Positions 10,756 to 21,053 of a DNA stretch of 48,790 bases are shown here, one piece after another; the stretch's first letter is position 1; each line of letters opens with the position of its first letter. A program made the position numbers and the translations under genes. This stretch comes from Perkinsus olseni. Lineage: Eukaryota. The notes under the pieces are model-generated. The model saw only the letters and a program-made list of their open reading frames with translations. It had not been told where the DNA came from and made no database searches. The DNA is taken from assembly GCA_013115125.1 (NCBI GenBank), contig JABANN010000234.1, forward strand, positions 1 through 48,790, written 5' to 3'.

Positions 10756-13644
10756 CTACGGTTGAAAAAACAGCTTCTCCTCAATCAGCGCGCGCCCGAG
10801 GACTCGCCGGGCCAGAACGAGTTCCGACGAAGACTAGAATAGAAAGGACCAACAGGCCAGCAAAGAGGGCGTTATTTCTTAGCATGTCTCCCACGTCCGA
10901 GTCAAAGTTGCCTTCTCTCGGCTGTAGGGTCGGCGGGGGAGGGGCTCGCGTCGGGTACGTTGGCTTGTACGCGTGTGGCATGAGGAATATGGGACCGTCG
11001 GAGGGGCACGCTCTGAAGATAAGTTATGGAACAACAAATCACGTTTTACGGTCCGAGACCATTCGCCCGAACGAAGGAGGCAGAGTTATATAATATGATT
11101 ATTATACATCTTCCGCTAAGGCAACGAACCGCGCGACTTTATCGGTATTTCAACCAACGTAATCGATGATTGAAAACCCTGCTTCAACGGAACTGTGATG
11201 AAGCTGTGAGTCAGCTGTGAGACCATTCATCCGAGAAGGCAACGAACCGCGCGACTTTATCAGTATTTCAACCGATGTAATCGCAACATCGGGTACTGCG
11301 GAGAAGCTGTGAGTCACTTTCACCGGTTTTTACTGTCCAAGACCATTCTTCCGAATGAAGGAGGGAGAGATACTAAATTTGACGGTTATACATCCCTCGC
11401 TAAGGCGAAGAACCGCGCGACTTTAACGGTATCTCTACCAGCGGTCACGCTGAGGTTAACCTCGAGAATATTTGCGTATCTTTGTTGTTACCTAGGCTTG
11501 TGATAGGTATCTTTCGGCGAATCACGGTAGTATCCTGGTAGACACCAGCAGGTCTGTCGACGCTCATACCAGTTGTAGTGGCACCATTCTGGCGGGTTCC
11601 TATCAGTATACCCTGATCACAGCGACGATGAGCACGAACCAGAGGTGGGCGACAGTACGGGTACGGGTGCGAGTTCAGATCCGTACCCGTACTACCCGTC
11701 GCAGTGGTTCCCAAGTACCGTACTAGTGCGGCGTAATCCAATACACGAATGCGTTGTTTAATATATTTAATACGTACTAGTTCGCCGTACCCGTACTAGG
11801 TTCACAGTTTCAAACGTACTCCGTACCGCATTTTCCTCGACCCCAGTACGATTGCCCAGCTCTAGAACGAGCCCTCCGCCGGAAAATAAGTTTGATCGGT
11901 CGAACATCTAGCGGTCAATAAAGAATATTGAATTTGGCAAGTTATGCCTGCTACTCACAACTCAGAGTTGCGCGACGTATCTTAGGTTCACTCTAGCCTA
12001 ATACAAAAATAATGATTCCAATCTTCGCTCATTCCGAGGCAGCAGTTCGACAACCCTCAGTACGATCCTCTCGTGCAACAATATAACTCATTCCGTCACT
12101 CCTACATGTGGGTATCCGAGACAAGGGCGACAGACTCGTACAGCTGGGCTCTAGTGGCGGTCCATGCGGCGGCAGTAACATCACCGATGGATACTTTTCT
12201 ATGCACCTACCAGAGCAGTGGAGGTGGGGGGCCATGACTCCTTTGTATCAAACACAATGGCAGAACAACTCAGCCATTATTGACGAAAAAATTATTGAGC
12301 TTCTCTATGCCGCACAGACGAGAAAGTCGGTAACGGTCGAATCAATCGCGAAAGATACTACTATATGCAGCGCTAACATTTTCAGCTTATGAAAATTTTT
12401 TTCCGACTTTTTTGCGTCTTGCTAGAGAAAATATCGGCAAACGTCGAATCGAGCTCGAAAGATTCCATGAACGTTCCTATGGAACGTAAATCGTCCGGCA
12501 GGGGAGAGAGACGCCTGCTTACAACCAGTCCCTTTTTTCGGGCTTCCCTCCCCCAGTGTCCTTCGGATCGGGTATGCATTCTGACACCTCTAGCTAAACA
12601 ACGCCAAATAGGTAGCTAGTAGTAGTACTGTATCTGCTGCTTGAAGTCAACAGGTTTTTGTTCTTTTTGTGGTGCTTCTCGTGAAGTCTTATGCAGAATC
12701 TGCGAAAACAACCACGACGAAGGAGAATGAACGAAAAAGCGTGAATAATTTCGCACCGAACCGAGCAGGCCGAGAGGACACTCAAAATCGAATGCTATCA
12801 AGCGATACCAGTGCTCCTAGTCTTTCCAAACTCCATCAAAAATACACGCGCGAGACGAAGGGCGCTCAGCACCACGCATGCAACGAAACGTCACCGCTTT
12901 GTCGATGACGACAAATGAAGTGGTCGCCGGACTCGGGAGCATTGGAACGTCTCACCTGTAAACAGGATCCTTGGTGCTTCCGTCATAGTACTGGGCATCT
13001 TCCCACTTATCTGGCTCACAAAGGACGACAACATGATGCACTCTGCCCTCCCTGGCCTTGTCGGCGAGGTAGTAGTTGACGACCCCTCGGCCGTTAGCGT
13101 AGGGCGTGAGGTCCACATTGGCCGTGGCTTGTCGTATTATGGGCTCCCCTGAGATCAGCGCTCGAAAATAATTTCCACACAATTGGCAGTCCCCGAACTG
13201 CGATATTTCTTTGTTGAATTAAGATTAATATTATTTTAACAATTACGTAGTTAATCGATCAATAAACTTCACGCATTGCGGGTGAAGCCCCAACAAACTA
13301 AATACTCCAATTTACTATTAACAACAATTATCGTCAATATATTCTTCTTTTACTGTTTTTTGTCTTTCTCACTTATCGACAGCGATTGCCCAAAACAGCT
13401 TCCTTCATTTGTGATTCATAAAATTCACCGCGTACGTGCATAATTTCATTTCCACTCAAACGAACCATGGACACCCTCCGCTATGTTAACTCGCTCGTTT
13501 GCTCACGAAGAGAACTCTCGCCAGGACAGCATCACATTCGTTTCTGTGGTCTCTCGGTCTCTTCAAAGCCATCACGACTAGCAGCAGTAGTGGTAGGAAA
13601 CAGAGCCGCTGGAGTAGGGGAGCCGGCCGAAGACGGGATCTCAT
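10756..13644 (-). CDS. Secreted Cys/Trp-rich hypothetical protein, paralog B (multi-exon)
   Basis: Exons 13507-13644 (MRSRLRPAPLLQRLCFLPLLLLVVMA, signal peptide), 13429-13480, 12956-13148, 12629-12699, 12523-12580, 12106-12206, 11492-11612, then from 11012 down. Motifs are shared with paralog A (PYANGRG, FCIRLHEKH, RDWLC, LPPHGPPL.P.CT, PPEWC.YNWY..RQ.CWC.PGY), and three exons have identical lengths (193, 101, 121 nt). Stop at 10756 if a final intron is spliced, otherwise at 10781. Confidence 0.8.
11043..11439. repeat. Three imperfect tandem copies of an intronic unit
   Basis: The core aaggc.a.gaaccgcgcgacttta...gtat.tc recurs at ~11118, ~11236 and ~11402. The upstream block gtcc.agaccattc..ccgaa.gaaggagg.agag is shared by the copies at ~11043 and ~11326. 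Confidence 0.8.
11640..11864. mobile_element. Non-autonomous hAT-like MITE (~225 bp) in an intron of paralog B
   Basis: Imperfect terminal inverted repeats cagaggtgggcgacagtac (11640-11658) and gtacgattgcccagctcta (11846-11864), 14/19 matching. Flanks gcacgaac and gaacgagc form a 6/8 degraded 8-bp TSD. The interior is packed with CCGTAC/GTACGG subterminal repeats in both orientations, the usual hAT architecture. Confidence 0.7.
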
Positions 13645-14328
13645 CGCTGGTACAAAAGTGGGACTACACAGGTATCACCATCTCCTGACTTGCGAAAAAT
13701 CGATGACCAGCATGTACATGTCCGTGCCCCTCACTATCGAGGACTCGCCGCCGAGCCTGGGCGTGCCGGGGGCTGTGTTTTTACGACAACGAGTTCGTAG
13801 AAGAAAACTTCGCTAGGGTAGTTTTCCTTCAGGCAGAAACTTCCTACTAAAGTAATAATAACTAATTGATAATAGTAATAATATTCCTAATACCAATTTA
13901 TTACGAGCATGAGATGGGCACTATGCCAAAGGTGCGGTTGGTAGAGGCGACAGCAGCAGCAGCTGAGCTTCGAGGCAGGACGCAGATACTGGCTCAGTGT
14001 CTCGACTCTTCGACCGCCGTTGTCGCGCTCCCACGTGGCATAGCGGCCTCATTTCTGCGTGTTGTTTTTTCCTACAGACTGTATAGTGATGAATGAAATA
14101 GGTAAAAGACTTCTGCACTATCCTAATCGCAAGACGATGGAAGATTGACCAACGCAAGGGCGTATCATATTCTTCGTGAATTACTGTCTCAACCTCAAGA
14201 TACCCAGCCAGCACATAATATACGTTTAGCTTCCTCCATGCAATTTAACCTAGGCACGCAAGATACTCCTCGGGGATGGGATCGGTCTCTCTTCACTGGG
14301 CTCTGACAGCAGGAGGCAAGATGGAGCG

Positions 14329-14544
14329 CACAGTGGCAGTACTGAGCTAAGCTGCGCTAGATATCCCTATTTGTTAACCATTAGGGAACTCAAGTCAATG
14401 GTTGGGTGGAATCCTGAGATTCTCTCTTCGCACTTAAACTACAGTAATTGGGTCATCTACTAGCGTCGGCTAAGCTTAGGTTCCATAGTCGTGCACTTGC
14501 ACCACTATCAGTATTCTAGTCGAGAAGCGCGAGTATACTCCGCG
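14329..14544 (-). repeat. Second (inverted) copy of the 2051-2398 repeat family
   Basis: The reverse complement of 14375-14544 aligns with 2051-2398. The segment 14329-14371 also aligns (~80%) with the reverse complement of 18207-18249. Confidence 0.8.
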
Positions 14545-15965
14545 TCAACCTCCACCGAGCAAACGACGCCCGCAGCTTGCGGGCAGCAAGCACAGGTCGA
14601 TCAACCTTCGCTTACTAACCGTTCCAATCACACCAGTAGGTGGAGAACAGCAATTTCGTGGCGCGTGAAGATTCTGTGGTTACCTTGAACCTCTTCAGCT
14701 CCACTTCCGGCGGACAATCGAAGAACTGCGAGGTCGATGTCGTTGACGGCGAATCTTTCGGCTGCGCGACTGCCGCGCAGGTCGAAGAATCCCTTTCCTC
14801 ATACATAACACGGGAAAAGAGCAAAAATAAAAACTCTGCTTCAGCCCGGCACATAATTCACTCTTGAACGTGAAACCGGTTTCGGAGAACCACACTTGTG
14901 TGTGCAGGAAGAAACTAAGAACGCTCCTGGAGAGCGACCCCGGTATAGGTCCTGAAAAGTTTAAAGACCCAGCGCCCTGAACAAGTTCAGTCTTCAAAGT
15001 CGACCCTGGGATTGGTATCTTGCTTTCTTACTGGAAAGCCCGACTGTCTCAGACAACCAAGGGCAGTGCTTTCATGTCCTGGGCGAGAATCCAAGGTCGA
15101 CCAACGTCAAAGACGGAAGCAAAAGATACTTCACAGAGCATTTCTATTCAAAATTTCTAATCGCAATTTCTGCCAGAGAAACCTGGGAATCGATTTCGAA
15201 AGTAGTAAACTCCGATAGTCACCAGTTGTTGCTTCTCCGTTGTTGCTCATAGTCAACGCAAGGCGAGAAGGATTATAAAGACTTCTACTTTCTCTCGAGG
15301 GGAATAAGCTTTGCACGCATGCACAAGACGATCGGCGCATAATGAGTCACATTTCCGCTCTCAAGGAAGATGGAGGAACGCGGAACAAGCAAGACAATAT
15401 CGATTAGAATGGCGCGCGCGATCGGCACGGTGACTTTGACCGACCACCGGCGTGGTGCTCACTGGATCCGGGCATTTCCCTCTTTGAATGCCTTCCGCTA
15501 GTAAAGGTGAGTTGTGGAACATCCACGACGTGGGGACGGCGGAGCGAAGCGTGACTTCGGTTACGAAAGCTGATTCGGTCTAGGGCGGTCTGCTTTCGAG
15601 GCCTAAAGGGACTTTCTCTCTGCTCTGTAAACCAATTCTGAGACTTAGAAATAATTCTGATCTCCGATTTGATAAGTTAATTTTCCGGCTCAGAATCGAT
15701 TCTGGAGTTGATTTTCACACGTTTAATGTGCCCATGCTTCCAGAATCGATTCTGAGTTTCAGAATCGGTTTTTGACCACTCGCTGATTTCTAGAATCGCT
15801 ATGTTAGTTGACGAGCGCCCCCTTGGTGCTAGTAACTTCAAACCCCTTCCCCCCGACTAAATCAAGTGCTGGTTTTCGATCGCATCATCGAGACACTTCG
15901 CAGGCGCTCGTAGTTTTCAGGTTATTGCGGCGGGCTGACATACTGTCGCTTCGCTCAGCTCCATC

Positions 15966-16955
15966 ATGCCTTCTGCCCTCAAGACAACCACCACAACGAC
16001 AACCACAACAGGGCAACCGCCGCGGTTGCTTCTCCCACCACTCTCCGTCCGACGATTTGGTCTGCTTTCCGGTTTTGACTCGCCCTGCAGCACCAGGTGT
16101 ACTACGCCCAGTACTAGTGACTCGCCGCTGACCAGAGACGGTGTCACCCCCTCCTCAAAGTCCGCCTTGGCCGCTCTCGATGCCTCCTATACGCTCGGTT
16201 CTTCGATTGCCTCTGGAGCCTACGGGCGAGTTTGCAGATCAGTTTGTCGTCAAACTGGAAGTCCGGTGGCGCTGAAGGTGATTGACAAACCCGCCTATGA
16301 GGCCTTCTCTCCGGACGCGTCAATGCGGTCTGGCCACGGACCGGGCGAGGCAGAGATCCTCGAGATGATTGCTGGTCTTGACGTCGAGGGAGTGCCGAAG
16401 ATCCTCGATGTTTTTGAGGACGCTGACGCGACCTACATCGTCTCGGAGCTCGGCGGCCTCGACCTGTATGAGTGGCTTCAACGCTCCGCTGATCGAGATG
16501 AGGCGACAGTGCTGGAGGTCATCACGCGCTTGCTGCTGATACTGGAGGGCCTGCATAACTGGGGTATCGCTCACAATGATGTTAAACTGGAGAATATCCT
16601 CCTTGACGATTCCGGGCAAGTTCATCTTATTGATTTTGGCAGCGCGGTAATTTGCCGTTGCCCTTACCATGTGGCTTTGCGACGGGAGGCGTTGGAGGAT
16701 GAGGAAGAGAGAACATCTTCGTCTGATGGTCTGGAAGAGGAACGGTGCTGTGACGCGGCCTTTCCTGAGTTCTGTGAAGAAGATCTGCAGGCGAGCGCGA
16801 CGGTGATGTATCAGCTTTTTACGGGGAGCCCGATTTCGACGGCGGAGCGAAGCGGGATGGTGACGGAGAAGAAGGAAGTTTTGAGGAGGGTGTCGAAAGG
16901 AGAGCTTCTTTCGGCGGACGAGGTTCGAGAGTTGTTCAAGCAACAAGCATCTTGA
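15966..16955 (+). CDS. Ser/Thr protein kinase (CAMK-like N-lobe, degenerate C-lobe), intronless
   Basis: 329-aa ORF with Gly loop IASGAYGRV, VALK, catalytic IAHNDVKLENILL and DFG. The N-terminus is Thr/Ser/Pro-rich. Confidence 0.9.
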   Translation: MPSALKTTTTTTTTTGQPPRLLLPPLSVRRFGLLSGFDSPCSTRCTTPSTSDSPLTRDGVTPSSKSALAALDASYTLGSSIASGAYGRVCRSVCRQTGSPVALKVIDKPAYEAFSPDASMRSGHGPGEAEILEMIAGLDVEGVPKILDVFEDADATYIVSELGGLDLYEWLQRSADRDEATVLEVITRLLLILEGLHNWGIAHNDVKLENILLDDSGQVHLIDFGSAVICRCPYHVALRREALEDEEERTSSSDGLEEERCCDAAFPEFCEEDLQASATVMYQLFTGSPISTAERSGMVTEKKEVLRRVSKGELLSADEVRELFKQQAS

Positions 16956-17052
16956 AAGGTATCTTGGGGTTGAGCACGCAAGATACAAACTAGGTCGGAT
17001 TGTATGTGGTCCGATCACTAATCTTTACGTTTCTGATCTTCTGAAAACTTGA

Positions 17053-18110
17053 CTACTTTGCTACTTTATTCTTTTCTCTTTGGCCGCGCACCGGGAAGAT
17101 CCTCTCGAATACTGATTTTACTCTAGCTGATACGATCGGTCTTGGCCCGTTGCCGCGACCTCCGCTCCTCTCCTGCCTTCGGAGAGTCGCCTGTCTTGCT
17201 GCTGCCCACTGAATCGGGTGCCCGAGGCCGTTGGCGGTCTCGGGTGGGCGGTTGACGGCAGTTTTTACATGTGGTTTGTTGTTGCTTTCTCTCTTCCCCG
17301 TTTCGCTGCTGCTACTATTCGTACCGTAACATTGCCAAATCATCTTCCACTGCTGATTCGAGTCCCCTAAAGGTTCACTAATATTCACTTTTTCTCGATT
17401 ACCTGATTGCCGATGCTGTTGCGCCGCCCAGCGATGGAAAAGGGTATCTTAGGTCGAAGATGGGTTCAGACAGATTTTTTGAATCCTGAATAAAGGAGCG
17501 TCTGGTTTCGGTCACTCTCTCGCCGTTTAACGGCGATTCAGGATGGTGGAGTATCTTAGGTTGAAGCTTGACATCCGCGGATTTGTTATTGCAAGAATAT
17601 AACACTCGCGGTAGAAAACAAAAAATTTGGAAAAAGGAGAAAATTTTATTTTTTCCGGGTAAACAAAAAGTTCGTAATAGCCCTGGTATCTTAGGTTGAA
17701 GCTTGACATTCGTAAACTGGGTATAGCGAGTAAAATAGATTCGTTACCAAGAAAATAGAATTCCCTTTTTTTGACTATTAAAAACTTCGTCACCGCCCCG
17801 ACTGCGAACTAACGGCTGGCGGGAAAGAAAATTTTTTGAGGTTGTCTGATCGAGAACGCATCCCTCGGGTTGGCCCATCTGCAAACCTAATATTCGATCC
17901 ACAGTCTCGGTATCATCGAGGCTCTCGTTTACCCCCAGTACATCTTCCTGACGAAATAAGCAGGAAAGCGGTGACAATGCCGCAGTTAAAATGCAGAATT
18001 GCAAGGGGGAGAGCGATAGAGGTAGAGAGCTTCTCCCATTGGTGGGGCGGGAAAAAATTTAATTGTTACGTCGCTTGGGACTCAGAGGACGCACAGTCAT
18101 CTTCGTGAGG
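17053..18110 (-). CDS. Possible multi-exon hypothetical protein
   Basis: Several minus-strand segments are bounded by plausible splice sites (e.g. PSLGGATASAIR-GLESAVEDDLAMLR). No recognisable domain, and the frame is not resolved. Confidence 0.25.
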
Positions 18111-18642
18111 TCAGAAGGGGTTGCGGGAAGCGGGAGGGAGGGATTGTGGCGCAACAGGGCAGCTTGCAGGATAAGTACGTGTTCTTAACTTATTAATAGA
18201 AAGAGTAATGGGAATATCTAGGGCAGCTAAGCCTAGCACTGGCATTGTGTGGGGGAGGGATCCATGTTCGTCGGTGATATTGATTGCTTTGACGTAGCTC
18301 AGGATGATCGTAATGGGTTATCAGTTGGCAGCTCTTGTACACTCTTGCTTGTGATAGGGTCGAAAGATACGGGAAATTGGGTATGTATTAGAAGTAAGAC
18401 GTTTGCTGATGGCGTTGCTTTTTGGAGGCATTCGAACCACGGGTGAGTATTATCATCGTCGGGTATCGGTATTAGTGGGAAAGAATCTTGCACTCTTGGT
18501 TGGGATAGGGTCGAAACATACTCGTTAGCGTACTTGGGTACTGGCGTAGAACGAAGGGAATCTTTTTCTCCGTGAAGTGCACGGTGCCACCTAATCTACA
18601 CAAGGTTGACCTATCTCAGAAGATCCATCCTGTTTTCGTATA

Positions 18643-19806
18643 ATGACCTCCTCCGAAGTCTTCCTCATATCATCTTCGTCATCATCATCAAGCGAGAGCG
18701 AGCAGGAGCCCGAGATAGCCTCCTCGTCCCCGTCCACCGCAGGCCCGTCCCGGTCGGCGTCTCTGCGGTATCATGGCCATGTAATTGGGGAGAGGGATAT
18801 TGACCTGTTAGGACCGGAGCGGCGGTTGAACGATAATTTGATAGACTTTTTCCTGAGTCTTTTCACCAGTGCAATCGCCCAGAATTCGGCATATGCATTT
18901 TCGACGTTTTTCTACTCACAATTGACGCAAAAAAGTCTTCAGAACGGCTGGGAGAGGGTAAAAAATTGGACCAAAAATGTGGATATTTTCGCCCACGATC
19001 TACTGCTCTTCCCTATTAACGAGGCGAACCAGCACTGGTGGCTGATCGCGGTGATTCGACCGAAGGCGTTGGCGAGGGCGATCAATGGTCTGCCTAATCT
19101 GGGCGCGGAGGGTTGCTTGATGGCGTTGGATTCTCGGAGCTGTGAGATTATCGAAGAGAAGAAATTACTGAGGGCTTTGCAGAGGAAGGCTGCAGCGGCT
19201 GTGGTGTGGTATCTTGGGAAGGCCTACGCTGAGGCGAACGGGCCGGGTCAGCAGAAAGTTGATAAAAAATCAATAACGAGGTTGTTGAATTTGTCGGGAA
19301 TATTTCCGGAAAATTCACCGAAGCAACTGAATGAATTTGACTGTGGGATGTTTCTGCTGGAGTTTGCGAAGCGACTGTGTTCGGAACGACAAAAATTGGT
19401 AATCGAATCAGACATCACCGAGGAGCGCTTGACAGAGTTGGGCATTTTACGGTTCGGCCAGGCGACTGTTAAGAGGCGCCGGCGCACTATTAAGAAGCTA
19501 TGCAATCGATGGGGCGCTCGAGGGAGTGTCGAGGAAGATATTGGGGAGGAGGAAGGCCGGCAAGCTCTGATGGACGCGTTGGGGATTTCTTGTCAGCCGC
19601 AGAGACCGAAGGATGGTTTTACGGAGCGGTTGTTGGCTGAAAGGAAGAGGAAAAAGAAGCTAGAGGTGTCAGAAAAAGCGGCTACGGTCGAGCGAGATGG
19701 TGCAGTGGGGAAGTATCTGGCAAGGGAAGTGGCGAGAGGGAGTCGAGGAGAGCGGAAAAGACGGCGAAGTGCGATATTGAACTCTGTTGCACGGTCGCGG
19801 GGCTGA
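18643..19806 (+). CDS. Ulp1/SENP family SUMO protease (peptidase C48), intronless
   Basis: 387-aa ORF with LNDNLIDFFL, FSTFFYSQL, VKNWTKNVDIF, catalytic His (QHWWLIAV), Asp (ALDS) and oxyanion Gln/Cys (QLNEFDCG). Confidence 0.95.
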   Translation: MTSSEVFLISSSSSSSSESEQEPEIASSSPSTAGPSRSASLRYHGHVIGERDIDLLGPERRLNDNLIDFFLSLFTSAIAQNSAYAFSTFFYSQLTQKSLQNGWERVKNWTKNVDIFAHDLLLFPINEANQHWWLIAVIRPKALARAINGLPNLGAEGCLMALDSRSCEIIEEKKLLRALQRKAAAAVVWYLGKAYAEANGPGQQKVDKKSITRLLNLSGIFPENSPKQLNEFDCGMFLLEFAKRLCSERQKLVIESDITEERLTELGILRFGQATVKRRRRTIKKLCNRWGARGSVEEDIGEEEGRQALMDALGISCQPQRPKDGFTERLLAERKRKKKLEVSEKAATVERDGAVGKYLAREVARGSRGERKRRRSAILNSVARSRG

Positions 19807-20282
19807 TGAAACGTGTAGCTTGAAGCGAGGTTTGCTGCTGACGGGGGACGCTTTCTGAGAGGCAGGAGGGCTGTGGGAAGAGTGACGAACGTTTTGGTAG
19901 TCTCGCGGCTGTTGTGTTGGGTGGGGGTATCTTATTTTTTGTGGCTTGCATGAATGAGTTGTCAGATTCTGTTTATGATGGCTTTACTCTTTCTTTTACG
20001 GAGATGGTGTTCCTTTTCCTTTATTGCGCGGTGGAATCTTCTCCGTGCGATGCGAGTTGTCCAATCTCATTCTTCGTAATGGGGTTGCTCTAGGGTCGGG
20101 TCGGCGAGAAGTCGATCGCCTTTTTGGATTGGATATGCCTAGACAGAAGGGGGATATCTTTTTTTCTGTGTAAAGCGCGAGTTTGCAATGGTGTGGTATC
20201 AATTTGGCGTAAGTGCTTTTTATTCGGTTTTGTGCAGCATTTACATGGCAGCTGAATGGGCGGGTTTTTCTTTCAATAGGAG

Positions 20283-20361
20283 TAAAAGTGGGATTCGAAC
20301 CTGTGCAGTTTTTGCCATGCCTTCTTCCTCCATGGCAGCCCTCCCTATTCGACCAAAGAGG
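20283..20361 (-). pseudogene. Degenerate tRNA-like relic
   Basis: Minus strand has an A-box-like TGGTCGAATAGG and a B-box CAGGTTCGAATCCCACTT (Leu/Ser-like 3' end). The stems are not intact. Confidence 0.45.
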
Positions 20362-21053
20362 AGGTATGCGGCTACTCTCGGCCCCGGACGCTGTCTCTTG
20401 TAATAACAATCACGGGGAGTGCGTGTGTGAATTTAAAGTCCAACGCCAACGATAGGGCGTAGATAGAAGAGCACCATCGCCGTCCCTTTTTGAGGGGAAT
20501 GCTCCATGGCCGTTGAATCCCCTTGTACTCGTCTTTGGATATACATCTGAGCGCCCTACTGCCCACGCACGTCCGTGACGCGTCGATAGGCTCTGTTCGT
20601 CAATTACGGGGAGGCTCTCGCTAGTGTTACACGTTTGCAACTCTGCTTGCTCAGCACTTTTTTTCTTGGCATGAAAATTTGCGGTCTAGGGATTCTAACA
20701 AAAAATTGAGGACATTTTCGGGCGCATTTCGGAACACATGAGTTCATACAAGAGAGCAGTTTTCCCAATTTTCAATACTATGCTTTTTTATCTCTTTTGG
20801 TGTGGTCGAAGCTTGGCCACGTGACACCTCTGGAGCGCTCGATCTTCCGACGAGTAGAAGTAGATTGTTCGCGCTCTTCCTCTGTGACCACCTCTCTTAG
20901 TTACTCGAAGGGGTTGGCTTGAATGAATGGTCATGATTGTCGTTAATGATCAGAATGAAACCTCGATCGTTCTATGCGCGTTCTGCGAATTTATAGGAGC
21001 TTCATCAACCGTGATAAATAAAGCGCCGTTCTTCGCGGAGCAAGTCGCGGGAA

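Noticed and set aside
10834-10894. C-terminal transmembrane/GPI signal in paralog B (ALFAGLLVLSILVFV)
   Set aside because: The segment is bounded by gtggga...ttctattctag and sits where paralog A has an intron, so it is probably an intronic pyrimidine tract. Unresolved without RNA data.
7692-12392. Plus-strand ORFs sharing VQxGSSGGPCGGS
   Set aside because: This is the antisense shadow of the conserved minus-strand exon LPPHGPPL(D/E)P(T/S)CT of paralogs A and B.
13921-15250. Possible multi-exon minus-strand gene
   Set aside because: Some splice-like boundaries exist, but no frame or domain could be established by eye.
16320-17018. 232-aa antisense ORF over the kinase
   Set aside because: A shadow of the kinase codon usage with no independent protein features.
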